Shown piece by piece: positions 27,655 through 37,424 of a DNA stretch of 64,000 nt. The stretch spans positions 113,136 through 177,135 of the forward strand of contig CAUGNO010000003.1 of the NCBI GenBank assembly GCA_959600905.1, read 5' to 3'. The notes under the pieces were generated by a model, which was given only the letters and a program-made list of their open reading frames with translations, searched no databases and was not told the DNA's origin. How positions within the stretch are numbered: position 1 is the stretch's first letter; each line of letters begins with the position of its first letter. The translations under genes and the position numbers were made by a program. The DNA comes from an uncultured Eubacteriales bacterium. GTDB lineage: Bacteria > Bacillota > Clostridia > Christensenellales > QAND01.

Positions 27655-27781
27655 GTTCTTCTCCTTCACTGATTCCATCCTTAGTGAAGTAAATGTATCA
27701 TAGCCACTGCATCCACACAAGAGGAGCCGCAGGGTCTGCCCCTGCATGGTAGACAAAAGCCGCTCGGTAAAGGCTGTGCCT

Positions 27782-28249
27782 TTACCGCTTGATTTTGCGC
27801 CCAAAACATAGACGGAAAAGTGCCCGTACTGCCGGCCCTGCAAAAATTATCTGCCAGAAAAAAGCCATCGGAAAATTAAGCGCAACGGTCTGAAGCCATA
27901 CAGCGGGAAACTGCGCACCGGGATGCTTGAACCATACCGTTGCCACAGCGCTCATCATTGGGCACATGAGACTTACCGTAAGCGCCGCGATGCAAAGCGT
28001 TATAAAAATTGGCTGTTTTTCCGAAGAAAGCAATCGAAGCGTCATTTTCTTTGCAAACGGGCCTGCCACAAAAGCCTCCAGCACGAGCACAAACAAACAC
28101 ATCAGCGGCAAATCTGCAAATACCCGGCCAAACAGCTCATTTTGCAGACCGCCTGCCTGAACTGCCAAATTGTACAATTCCATACCGTATACCATCACAA
28201 CAGACATTATGATGGAAAAAAACAGCTTTTCTCCCTTTGTTTTTGGCAT
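27782..28249 (-). CDS. DUF2798 family membrane protein
   Basis: MPKTKGEKLFFSIIMSVVMVYGMELYN... matches the DUF2798 N-terminal pattern. 155 aa, 4 TM. Confidence 0.55.
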   Translation of the reverse strand: MPKTKGEKLFFSIIMSVVMVYGMELYNLAVQAGGLQNELFGRVFADLPLMCLFVLVLEAFVAGPFAKKMTLRLLSSEKQPIFITLCIAALTVSLMCPMMSAVATVWFKHPGAQFPAVWLQTVALNFPMAFFWQIIFAGPAVRALFRLCFGRKIKR

Positions 28250-28351
28250 ATTTCTGATCCCTCCAATAAAAAAACAGCGTACAGAAAAACAACTGGATTT
28301 ACGTTTTTCACTACACGCTGTCTGCTACTTGATTCAATTGTGAATTTTATT

Positions 28352-29254
28352 TTAACACAACATTTTTTCTATGCCAGTTTTTTGTATGCCCTTTAGCATC
28401 TCCAAAAACTTAGCCGAAGCCCGCCCGAGGGGCTGTTCCTTTTTCCAGATAAAAACGCTGCGGTCCACCAGCGGAGGGAATAGCGGGCGAAAACAAAGCT
28501 CTGGATTTTGGTACAGGGACACTGCCCCTTCTATTGTCAGTGCATAGCCAAGTCCTTCCCGCACCATCAGCACCGCATTGCCTATCAAATTATAGGTGGC
28601 CAAAATATGCACGGAATCCTTTGCGTTCCCAAACCAGGCTGCCAATTCATCTTGCACCACCGGCCTATGCGCATTGAGAAGCGGAAGCGAGCACAGCTCC
28701 TCCGCCGTCACAACTTCCCTCTCCGCCAGCGGCGCATCCGAACGCATCAGCACGCCCCATTGTTCCGTTTGTCCTAGGGACAAAGAGTGGTATTTGGCAA
28801 TCTCTACCGGCTCTACCAGCAAGCCAAAATCCAGCAAGCCTTGATCGATACGCTCTTTGATATGATCGGCATTGCCGGTATACAATTCATACTGCACCTG
28901 TGGATATGCCTGGGAAAATGCCCGAAGCAAACGAGGCCATATACGCGCAGAAGCGGACTCTGCGCTGCCGATGGAAATGGTTCCCGTCACCTGATCTGCC
29001 TGCGCTTTTATCTCTTCCTGGGCCTTGGCCGCCAAAGACAAGAGTTCTTCTGCTCTTCGCTTCAACAATCTGCCAGCTTGCGTTAAAAACGGCCTACCTG
29101 CCTCCCTACAAAACAGTGACTGCCCCAGTTCGTGTTCCAGCTGCGCCAGTTGACGGGACAGTGTCGGCTGGGTGATATGCAAGGCCTTGGCCGCACGGGT
29201 GATATTTTCTTCCCGTGCCACTGCCAAAAAATATCTAAGTACACGAAGCTCCAA
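28352..29254 (-). CDS. LysR family transcriptional regulator
   Basis: HTH LELRVLRYFLAVAREENITRAAKALHITQPTLSRQL plus substrate-binding domain. Real start is probably the TTG at 29254 (AGGAGGG RBS 8 nt upstream) rather than the ATG at 29299. Confidence 0.8.
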   Translation of the reverse strand: MELRVLRYFLAVAREENITRAAKALHITQPTLSRQLAQLEHELGQSLFCREAGRPFLTQAGRLLKRRAEELLSLAAKAQEEIKAQADQVTGTISIGSAESASARIWPRLLRAFSQAYPQVQYELYTGNADHIKERIDQGLLDFGLLVEPVEIAKYHSLSLGQTEQWGVLMRSDAPLAEREVVTAEELCSLPLLNAHRPVVQDELAAWFGNAKDSVHILATYNLIGNAVLMVREGLGYALTIEGAVSLYQNPELCFRPLFPPLVDRSVFIWKKEQPLGRASAKFLEMLKGIQKTGIEKMLC

Positions 29255-29326
29255 ACGACCGGCCCTCCTACTGCACCTACCACCAAGAGGACCTGCCATA
29301 CATGGCAGGTCCTCTCAATCTCCGGG

Positions 29327-30451
29327 TTAACGCACCCACTTTTGATAAAACTGTTTTTCCTCCTCCAGACATGCCCGCAGAAATTCTGCATTGTCCTTAC
29401 CGGACAGTGTCTGGGCTTGTTTTCTCCACGTCTGCTCCAACACATCGCGCTCTGCATAAAACTCTGCCGGCGGCTGTTGCTGGGCCAACGCCGTCACCCT
29501 GGCATCATGCTCCTCCCAAGACGCCTGATCAAATAACGAATATGCCCCCTGTTCGATGGCCGCGCCGTCAAACACATACGGCTTATACAGGGATACGCAC
29601 GGCATGGCCCCGCCCGTTACATACAACAAAACGCGGTCTTGCTGAAAATCGGCCGCCCAGCTTGCCGTGGACTGCGATCCGCCGTCCGGCGCGGCATGCA
29701 GGCATACGTTTCTGCTGTTCTTTTCTGTAATTGGCAGGCCGAACCCATCCTCATGGGAACGCAGAGCCCGGAACACCACATCGATCCCCTCGCCGCCCGC
29801 CAAGGCTCTTTGGCTTAAGCAACGGCGTTCAAAGCCGCCGTGTTCCGGTTCCAACGGCGAAGCCCACTGGCTGAAATCGCACCGCGCTCCGCTATAGGCA
29901 TCCGCATCGTCTTTGATGGAAAAGCAGTTGGAAATTGCCGCTTTATCCATCTTTTTATATGCCCACTGCTTACCCACCGTTTCCAGCACGTACAGCTCCT
30001 TGCGGTCCATAATCAAAAAGGCATTGTCGTAATACAGCGGGCTCAGGTATCCGCAATTGCCGCCCTGCCCGTATTGCTCCAGCATTTCCAGAATCACATC
30101 CATGGCTGCTTTGGCAGAATCTCCACGCTCCAAACCAAGGCGCAGCAGATCCATCCCAATCAGCGCTTCCTTCTGGTTTCCTTCGTTTGTGGAAAACAGA
30201 GCCTCGTTGCCGATGATCACGCCCTGGTCGTTCATGCCGATCTCCCCGCCCCAAAGCCAAGAGGGACGGCTGAGCAGCGTGCCATGGGTGTATTTTGCCT
30301 GATCCACCTCTATATAGGTGCATTTAACTTTCTTTTCGCTATGAGTCTGCGCGGGACGCCATTCCGTTACCTGTGGTTCCTTTGGGTCCCGATCGCTGTT
30401 TTTCCCAAAGACCACCGATTTTTTCCCAATCGCCCCTAGAGTATCGCACAT
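29327..30451 (-). CDS. C69-family dipeptidase-like protein (Ntn-hydrolase; N-terminal Cys after Met)
   Basis: MCDTLGAIGKKSVVFGKNSDRD... resembles the C69/secernin N-terminal nucleophile region. Confidence 0.45.
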   Translation of the reverse strand: MCDTLGAIGKKSVVFGKNSDRDPKEPQVTEWRPAQTHSEKKVKCTYIEVDQAKYTHGTLLSRPSWLWGGEIGMNDQGVIIGNEALFSTNEGNQKEALIGMDLLRLGLERGDSAKAAMDVILEMLEQYGQGGNCGYLSPLYYDNAFLIMDRKELYVLETVGKQWAYKKMDKAAISNCFSIKDDADAYSGARCDFSQWASPLEPEHGGFERRCLSQRALAGGEGIDVVFRALRSHEDGFGLPITEKNSRNVCLHAAPDGGSQSTASWAADFQQDRVLLYVTGGAMPCVSLYKPYVFDGAAIEQGAYSLFDQASWEEHDARVTALAQQQPPAEFYAERDVLEQTWRKQAQTLSGKDNAEFLRACLEEEKQFYQKWVR

Positions 30452-30533
30452 AAGAATGCCTCCTTTTCCGATTTATACGGCCGGTTGTTTTGCTCTCAGT
30501 ATACGCCCTCAGCTTTTATAAAACAACGGTTTT

Positions 30534-31544
30534 CTAGCCATTCAGGCCACGCAATTGACCGAGCTGATCCAAGACCTCCTGCGGCAAATGACAATCCGCT
30601 GCTGCCGCCGCAATTTCCATTTCCTTTTTCGATTTGATCCCCACAATGGGAATGACCTGGAATCCATGTCCCTGCATCAGATAACCAAGCACCAACGTGT
30701 TTACCTCCACGCCTAGGTCTTGTGCCGCCTGCTTTAGCACTGCCAGTATTTTTTCATTTTGCGGGCAGTCGTATTCCTTATGATCCTGCTCACGCACAGG
30801 CAGGCCGTTGGCTAGGCAGTGCAAATACCCTCGTCCATTGGCGCCATATGCCATGGCTGGCATGCCCGTTTCCTGATGAAAGCGATAAGCCTCTGGCCCC
30901 ATCACAGTAGTGGATGCAGCGCCCTTGGAGCCGGGGGCAAAGACGTTGAGGCTCCAGTTGATCTGATCCACCATAAATCCATCCAAGTCGTGCGCCTTGG
31001 CATAATCATAGGCTTCTCGCTGCCGCTCTACCTTCCAGTTGCTGCATCCATATGCACGAATCACGCCGCGTTTTTTCTGTTCCTGCAAAGTTTCCAATAT
31101 CTCTGCAATTTCCACCGATTCATTGTCGTGATGCAGCGTAAAAATATCCAGATAATCGGTACGCAGATTTTTCATCGAAACCTCAATGTCCTCGATGATG
31201 TCTGCCCGATGCAGCCGAGTATCCGTGCGCGGCGCTGTGGCCAAATCGTTGGTGGGCGTGATGATCTTGCCATTACAACCCTTTACGGACAGCACCAGTT
31301 CCTTCCGGTTTTTCCTGGCCTGCATCCAACGTCCAATGATGTTCTGCGATGAAGAGCGCTCCCCTTCAAACCAATCGCAGTAAATTACGGCCGTATCCAA
31401 AAAACGACCGCCCAGCTCGTAATAATAATCCATCATCTCTACGGCCAGCGGCTCTTTCATACTGCCGCCGTAGGAACCGCACCCCAAGCAGAGGGGGCTT
31501 ACCTCAAGGCCAGTCTGTCCCAGCGCACTTTTGTCTTTCAGCAT
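30534..31544 (-). CDS. aldo/keto reductase
   Basis: LGQTGLEVSPLCLGCGSYGG... AKR fold. 336 aa. Confidence 0.75.
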   Translation of the reverse strand: MLKDKSALGQTGLEVSPLCLGCGSYGGSMKEPLAVEMMDYYYELGGRFLDTAVIYCDWFEGERSSSQNIIGRWMQARKNRKELVLSVKGCNGKIITPTNDLATAPRTDTRLHRADIIEDIEVSMKNLRTDYLDIFTLHHDNESVEIAEILETLQEQKKRGVIRAYGCSNWKVERQREAYDYAKAHDLDGFMVDQINWSLNVFAPGSKGAASTTVMGPEAYRFHQETGMPAMAYGANGRGYLHCLANGLPVREQDHKEYDCPQNEKILAVLKQAAQDLGVEVNTLVLGYLMQGHGFQVIPIVGIKSKKEMEIAAAAADCHLPQEVLDQLGQLRGLNG

Positions 31545-31773
31545 ACGAATCCTCCTTCTTCCATTTGCTTTGCTATTGTAAAACTACCCTTGCTTAACTA
31601 TACGACGATGCATCGATCGGACATACCGTGAAAAAAAGGATCTACAAACGGTTAAAATAGGCTTGATACCATTTTCATTGTAATCAACCCGCTGTTGTTT
31701 GGCAATGTCTTTTGTGCCGAAAAAATGCGCAAAAAAGCAGCCTCAACGGCCGCTTTTTTTGCCAAGTCTAACG

Positions 31774-32688
31774 TTATTTTTGAACGGTGAAGTTTTCATC
31801 CTCTACATGGTAATACAGCCCTTCGGTCTGGGAAAGATGTTCTTGATACAAAACCGCCTTGCCCTTTGCAGAAAACAGCTCCATATACCGCATCAGCTCT
31901 TCCTTCCAGCCCCGCACACCGGCCTCATAGATCTCTAAAAATTCACCGCTGGCCTTGGCCGTCTCTCTTGCCTTTCTCTCGTAGGCATCCATTAGATCCG
32001 TACAAAGGTTTACCTTTTGGATGCCAACCGCTACGGCCTTAGCCAAGTTTTCATCTCCCGTGCCGCTGCCGCCGTGCAGCACCAAAGGTACGGAAACCAA
32101 GCTGTTGAGCTTTTCCAGAAGGGCAAAATCCAGTCTGGGCGTTCCTTTGTAGGCGCCGTGCGAGGTTCCTACCGCAACGGCTAGGCAATCGCACTGTGTC
32201 TGCTCTACATAGGCCACAGCCTCATCCGGGTTGGTCAGCCACGCATCGCGCGTCTGCTCATACTCATACCCCTGGCCCACATGCCCCAGCTCCGCCTCTA
32301 CGGATACATTGACGGCATGCGCCGTATCCACAATGCGCTTTACCTGTTCTACATTCTGTTCAAACGACATCATGGATCTGTCGCTCATCACCGAGGTAAA
32401 TCCGCTGCGGATGGCCGCAACTTCGGAATCATAAGACTGACCATGGTCTAGGTTGAGCGCCGCGATGACATCTGGATACTTCTTTTCAAAATACAGCGCC
32501 AGATTGGCCTGCTTTTCAATCCATTCTGCGCCTGCATCCCATACGTTCAAAATCACAGGAGCCTGCATCTCCCTGGCCGCCTGGTACGCAGCCTCTGTTG
32601 TTTCCATGGAAAATACATTCGGAGCAGGAACGGCAAAGCCGCCCTCTTTTTTGGCCACATCCAGCAGTTTTTTCATTGTGATCAGCAT
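31774..32688 (-). CDS. class II ketose-bisphosphate aldolase (tagatose/fructose-bisphosphate aldolase family, GatY/KbaY-like)
   Basis: MKKLLDVAKKEGGFAVPAPNV..., zinc ligand region LDHGQS, HGGSGTGD. Start at the ATG 32688 (MLITMKK). Confidence 0.7.
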   Translation of the reverse strand: MLITMKKLLDVAKKEGGFAVPAPNVFSMETTEAAYQAAREMQAPVILNVWDAGAEWIEKQANLALYFEKKYPDVIAALNLDHGQSYDSEVAAIRSGFTSVMSDRSMMSFEQNVEQVKRIVDTAHAVNVSVEAELGHVGQGYEYEQTRDAWLTNPDEAVAYVEQTQCDCLAVAVGTSHGAYKGTPRLDFALLEKLNSLVSVPLVLHGGSGTGDENLAKAVAVGIQKVNLCTDLMDAYERKARETAKASGEFLEIYEAGVRGWKEELMRYMELFSAKGKAVLYQEHLSQTEGLYYHVEDENFTVQK

Positions 32689-32729
32689 GTTTCTCTTCCT
32701 TTCTATACAATGACCATGCAGCATGGTTT

Positions 32730-33767
32730 TTACATCGTAATAACAATTCGATAGGCGCCTGGCACAACCGCTTTTTCAAACGCCTCCGCGCCCTGCGACA
32801 TGGGAACCAGCTCTTGGATCACAGGCTTTACGTCAATCAGGCCGCTTTCGATGAGCCAAGCCGCATTGTACATATCCGCCTGGTTAGGGGATACCGTCCC
32901 AATGATCTCAATTTCCGTATTGTGCACTTCTCCCATACGGATCGGCACCGGCGTATCCGGGTATTGCGAGCTGTATGCAATGAGCTTTCCATAGGGAGAC
33001 AGCATGGACAACGCCTGCGCCCATACCTCGTGTACCGCCGTTGTATTGAATACAACCTGCACCCCTCTTACGCCTACTTTCTTTTCTATATAGGCAGCCG
33101 GATCTATTTTTGTGGGGTCAAATGCATCGTCCGCACCAATGGCAAGCGCTTTTTCCCTTCTGGCCGGGTCTACCTCTGCCAAAATAACATAGGCCCCTCT
33201 CCTTTTTGCCAGCTGCACATGCAGCAGGCCCATAACGCCCGCGCCGATGACAACCACGACGTCCCCCAGCTGGATCTCTGCCTTGTTTACGCTGTGCAAG
33301 CAGCATGCCAATGGCTCTGTCAGCGCTGCCTGCTCAAACGGAAGCACATCCGATACAACGATGGCACGGCTTTTATCCACCGCAACATATTCCGCTAAAT
33401 AGCCCACCATATTGATAGCGCCGTCCGGACGCCTATATACAGCGTCGGCAATGCCGGATTGGCATTGGCTGGCCCTCCCCGTACGGCAGTAATAGCAGGT
33501 TCCGCAGTAAGGGTCGGTAGATACGACATGATCGCCTACCTTACAATGCTTAACCTGTTGGCCTACCTGTACAACAATGCCGCTGGCCTCGTGCCCAGCA
33601 ATCACGGGATAGCCGCCCACATCCTTTTTCCCTAGATAGATTCTCTGTTCCATCGTACATAGAGCACAAGCCTTGATTTGAATGAGCACATCGTTCGGCC
33701 CTACCTCTGGCATGGGATATTCCATGACCTGCACTTTTTGCACCCGTGTAATCGTAACCGCTTTCAC
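32730..33767 (-). CDS. zinc-dependent alcohol dehydrogenase (polyol/galactitol-1-phosphate dehydrogenase-like MDR)
   Basis: GHEASGIV catalytic-Zn motif, structural-Zn Cys cluster CGTCYYCRTG, Rossmann GAGVMG. Confidence 0.75.
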   Translation of the reverse strand: MKAVTITRVQKVQVMEYPMPEVGPNDVLIQIKACALCTMEQRIYLGKKDVGGYPVIAGHEASGIVVQVGQQVKHCKVGDHVVSTDPYCGTCYYCRTGRASQCQSGIADAVYRRPDGAINMVGYLAEYVAVDKSRAIVVSDVLPFEQAALTEPLACCLHSVNKAEIQLGDVVVVIGAGVMGLLHVQLAKRRGAYVILAEVDPARREKALAIGADDAFDPTKIDPAAYIEKKVGVRGVQVVFNTTAVHEVWAQALSMLSPYGKLIAYSSQYPDTPVPIRMGEVHNTEIEIIGTVSPNQADMYNAAWLIESGLIDVKPVIQELVPMSQGAEAFEKAVVPGAYRIVITM

Positions 33768-33933
33768 ATGAACGCCCCTTTCTTTTTTAATACTATTTAA
33801 TATTATCCTTTTTAGTATTATACGTCAAGAGATTTTTAAGATAATTTTCTTTGCACTTTTATTCCCTTTTTGTTTGACAGAAATAATACCAAACAATATA
33901 ATAAAACAAAAAAAGAAAGCGTGTGCTGCCATG

Positions 33934-34389
33934 AAAAAAAACGACAGTATCGAAACCGATGCATATCTGCGCTACAAGGATCTAACGCGTTCTATTACAA
34001 AGCATGAGCGATTGTATGATCATTGGGGCTGGAAACACAACATTGCTTTTTCCACGTTTATGGTGATGGAAAAGCTTTTGCAATATCCCGAGGGTGGATT
34101 CCCTTCTGAAATTGCAGATCGGCTGTATCTGCCGCGACAAACAATGAGCGGCATCCTTCGCAATCTGGAAAAAAGCGGGTACATCGTGCGTTCTTTCCAT
34201 CCCAGCGATGGGCGCCGCAAGGTGATTCGGCTCACAGAAAGCGGCAGGGCTTATATTTCCGAACTGTTGGTTCAGCTAAACCAAGCGCAGATGCGTGCCT
34301 ATGCGCTTTTGACAGTGGCAGAGCAAAAGCAGCTAAACTATCTGATGGAACGCTTAACAGATGGTTTGGAAATCGAATTTGAAAAGTAA
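33934..34389 (+). CDS. MarR family transcriptional regulator
   Basis: Winged-helix (LPRQTMSGILRNLEKSGYIVRSFHPSDGRRKVIRLTESG). Divergent from the ADH-aldolase pair. Confidence 0.75.
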   Translation, partial: KKNDSIETDAYLRYKDLTRSITKHERLYDHWGWKHNIAFSTFMVMEKLLQYPEGGFPSEIADRLYLPRQTMSGILRNLEKSGYIVRSFHPSDGRRKVIRLTESGRAYISELLVQLNQAQMRAYALLTVAEQKQLNYLMERLTDGLEIEFEK

Positions 34390-34539
34390 TCTCTTGATAC
34401 ACGGCCGGCTGGTGATTTTTACCGCCGGTCGTTTCTTTCTTTTCAGACCTCCCTTCTTCTCCATGTGGTATGATGAGATGGATGATACAACTTTGACGCA
34501 ACTTTGATGTAAGGTTTTTCTGCGCAAGGGAGGATGGCT

Positions 34540-35196
34540 ATGAACCGAATACTCATTGTCGAGGATGAAAAACCCATTTCTGAATTGATTCGATTGAACC
34601 TGACCGATGCAGGCTACGCTTGCTTTTGCGCCTATGATGGCGAGCAGGCCGCAACGCTGTTGGAAAGCAATCTATATGATTTAATTCTTTTGGACGTAAT
34701 GCTGCCCAAAATCAACGGGTTTGAGCTGCTGGAATACATACGCCCTTTACAAATACCCGTGATCTTTCTTACTGCCAAGGCACATGTCAACGATCGGGTC
34801 AAAGGCCTGCGCCTGGGGGCGGAAGATTATATCGTGAAGCCCTTTGAGATCATTGAGCTGCTGGCGCGTGTGGAAACCGTGCTGCGCCGGTACCATAAAG
34901 CCAATAGGATATTGAGCGTGTATGATATCACGGTGGATACCCTGTCCCGTATTGTCAAAAAATCCGGCGAGCCCGTCAGCCTGACGGTAAAAGAATACGA
35001 CCTATTGGTGCTATTTTTGCAAAACCCAAACATTGCCCTATTTCGAGATCGCATCTACGAAAGGGTTTGGGGCGAAGCGTATATGGGCGATAGCAGAACA
35101 GTAGACCTACATGTACAAAGGATGAGAAAAAAGCTGGGGCTGGAAGATAAGATCGTGCCTGTATATAAGATCGGCTATCGGCTGGAGGTAACCTAA
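34540..35196 (+). CDS. OmpR-family response regulator
   Basis: Receiver (ILIVEDE...LILLDVMLP) plus winged-helix output domain. Confidence 0.85.
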   Translation: MNRILIVEDEKPISELIRLNLTDAGYACFCAYDGEQAATLLESNLYDLILLDVMLPKINGFELLEYIRPLQIPVIFLTAKAHVNDRVKGLRLGAEDYIVKPFEIIELLARVETVLRRYHKANRILSVYDITVDTLSRIVKKSGEPVSLTVKEYDLLVLFLQNPNIALFRDRIYERVWGEAYMGDSRTVDLHVQRMRKKLGLEDKIVPVYKIGYRLEVT

Positions 35197-36681
35197 GTGA
35201 ACTTTTTTTGGAAGCTGTACTTTAGCATTATGCTCATTGTAACCGTCTGTTTTGGCATTGGCGGTTATGTTTTGATTCAATCCAGCTTCCATACTTCATT
35301 AGACAGGGAAATTGAGGTTGCTTTTCAGGAGAATGATATTCTCTATATCTCATTTGAGCGTATTCTCAGTACCATTTACGGAATTGACTCCGCTACCATT
35401 CTGGAAAAAGATATGCTAGCATCCGACGAAGGCGGCACGCTGGCTGATGAACTTTCCTACATACTCCAAAACGTATCAAAAAGCATTTCCATTCAAAATG
35501 CCAACGGCAATATTCCTTTCCGTCTAAGCGATCAAAACGGAAAGACCGTTTTTCAGGATATTCATTTTGCCGTACAGGAATCCTTAGCGCCCTCCCTTAC
35601 CGCCGCGGACCGTGGGCACCGGATTGTGGAAATAGAGGGCCGTTATTATATACAGACCGCCCAGCCCTTAACGCTGGCAGGCACTGTATTTTACATTGAA
35701 AACTACCGAGACATTACGCCGGTATTTCAGCATAAGCAGGGGCAGTACCGCACGTTTATCATGCTGATCTTGGTCCTATTCGGCGGCTGTGCGCTTGTCA
35801 TCTTCTTTCTGGCGCGCTGGCTGATGCGCCCTATCCGGGCCTTATCCCGCGCTACCAAGCAGCTGGCTACCGGGCATTTCAAAAACCCGGTCCGTGTGGC
35901 CAACAACGATGAAATCGGCACGCTGGCATCCGATTTCAACACCATGTCGCTCAAGCTCTTGCAGACCATGGATAATCTAAAGGAAACCGCTACCAGGCAG
36001 GAAATGTTTGCCGGTAACTTTGCCCATGAACTGAAAACGCCGTTAACCTCCATGATTGGCTACGCGGATATGCTGCGTTCCAAAAAGCTCACAGAAGAAC
36101 AACAGGTCTTGTTTGCCAACCAGATCGTTCAGGATGGCAAACGGTTGGAATCCCTTTCCATGAAACTGATGGATCTTATTGTATTAAAGCGTGAGGACCT
36201 GCCGATGCGCCGCGTTTCCAGCAAACAGTTTTTTCAATCCGTCTACCAAACCGTTTTGCCCGTCATGCAGCAAAACCACATTCGATTTACCGTAAAGTGC
36301 CAGTATGCGCTGCTAACCATAGAGCCGGATCTAATGTCGACAGTCTGCATCAATTTGCTGGATAACGCCCGCAAAGCCATCGATGAGGGGCAAAAGGGAG
36401 AAATCTCTCTATTGGGCCGCAGATGTGATGACGGCTATGAAATTTTGGTCATCGATAACGGCTGCGGAATGGAGCAGGAGGAGCTTGCCAAAATCACAGA
36501 AGCGTTTTATATGGTGGATAAATCCCGTTCCCGCAAAAAAGGGGGCGCCGGACTGGGGCTGGCCGTATGCAGCGAAATTCTCCGTCTGCATGGCGGTCTG
36601 CTAGAATTTGTCAGCCAGCCGGGCCAAGGAACATGTGCACGCGTTTGGTTAAGGGGGGAACATTTGCATGCAGAAGCTTAA
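35197..36681 (+). CDS. sensor histidine kinase (2 TM, HAMP, HisKA, HATPase_c)
   Basis: H-box FAHELKTPLTSM, N/G boxes (LLDNARKA, IDNGCGM, GGAGLGLAV). GTG start abutting the RR stop. Confidence 0.85.
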   Translation: MNFFWKLYFSIMLIVTVCFGIGGYVLIQSSFHTSLDREIEVAFQENDILYISFERILSTIYGIDSATILEKDMLASDEGGTLADELSYILQNVSKSISIQNANGNIPFRLSDQNGKTVFQDIHFAVQESLAPSLTAADRGHRIVEIEGRYYIQTAQPLTLAGTVFYIENYRDITPVFQHKQGQYRTFIMLILVLFGGCALVIFFLARWLMRPIRALSRATKQLATGHFKNPVRVANNDEIGTLASDFNTMSLKLLQTMDNLKETATRQEMFAGNFAHELKTPLTSMIGYADMLRSKKLTEEQQVLFANQIVQDGKRLESLSMKLMDLIVLKREDLPMRRVSSKQFFQSVYQTVLPVMQQNHIRFTVKCQYALLTIEPDLMSTVCINLLDNARKAIDEGQKGEISLLGRRCDDGYEILVIDNGCGMEQEELAKITEAFYMVDKSRSRKKGGAGLGLAVCSEILRLHGGLLEFVSQPGQGTCARVWLRGEHLHAEA

Positions 36682-37339
36682 AACCATTGTGCCGTTTTTT
36701 CTGGCCATTTTGCTGCTGTTTTTTGCAGCCTTCCTGCCAATTTTCCTTTGCCGCCTACAGGATAACTCCATGCTTGGTGTGGCCCATTTGGAGCCGCTGC
36801 CCACAGCAGAACCCTTTGAGGAGGGGCATCCTTTGAGCGCCGCAGAGAAAATCTCTCTAATCTGCGATTATGGACGCATCGGCTCTAACATCGTTATTAC
36901 GGAACGCCAGAATTCAAAATCCTATAAAAAAAATGATCCTATCCCCGAAGAAAAGGTGTTTGCAGAGCTGAAAAAGTTACAGTCGCTGGGCGCTTTTCCT
37001 GACATTCCCCTCGATGATGAGCTGATGTATTATTCTACGTCCTATACCTATATGGATGTAGACCATCCCTCCCGCATCGTAAACATCCTTGACTATTCCT
37101 TTTCAGTAGAGGATTATCATTGTACCCTTACGATGGATGCGGATACAAATCAAATTTATCAATATAACATTCGGCTCAACGGCCATCCTCTTTCCTTTGA
37201 TACGCAGTCGGCCTTTGCTGCGTTTAGCCGTTATCTTCTGCTGGATGAAGAGCATGAAAAACTCTATTATTTTGTATTCCAGGAAAATAACGCCGTGATC
37301 CTGGCACTGAAAGCCATGCGCAGCATGAACAATATATGA
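36668..37339 (+). CDS. hypothetical membrane-anchored protein co-transcribed with the TCS
   Basis: N-terminal TM (IVPFFLAILLLFFAAFLPIFLC) then a 190-aa soluble domain. 14-nt overlap with the HK gene. Confidence 0.5.
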   Translation: MQKLKTIVPFFLAILLLFFAAFLPIFLCRLQDNSMLGVAHLEPLPTAEPFEEGHPLSAAEKISLICDYGRIGSNIVITERQNSKSYKKNDPIPEEKVFAELKKLQSLGAFPDIPLDDELMYYSTSYTYMDVDHPSRIVNILDYSFSVEDYHCTLTMDADTNQIYQYNIRLNGHPLSFDTQSAFAAFSRYLLLDEEHEKLYYFVFQENNAVILALKAMRSMNNI

Positions 37340-37424
37340 TGCAGTTTTGATGCAAATCTGTGCCTACTCCTATGCCTAGCCCCCCTATACTACCCTCATA
37401 AAAACCGACCATGTGAGAGAAAGG

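Noticed and set aside
34534-34539. First ATG of the response regulator ORF as start
   Set aside because: It lies only 2 nt after GGAGG. The second ATG (34540) has proper spacing, and MNRILIVEDE is the typical receiver N-terminus.
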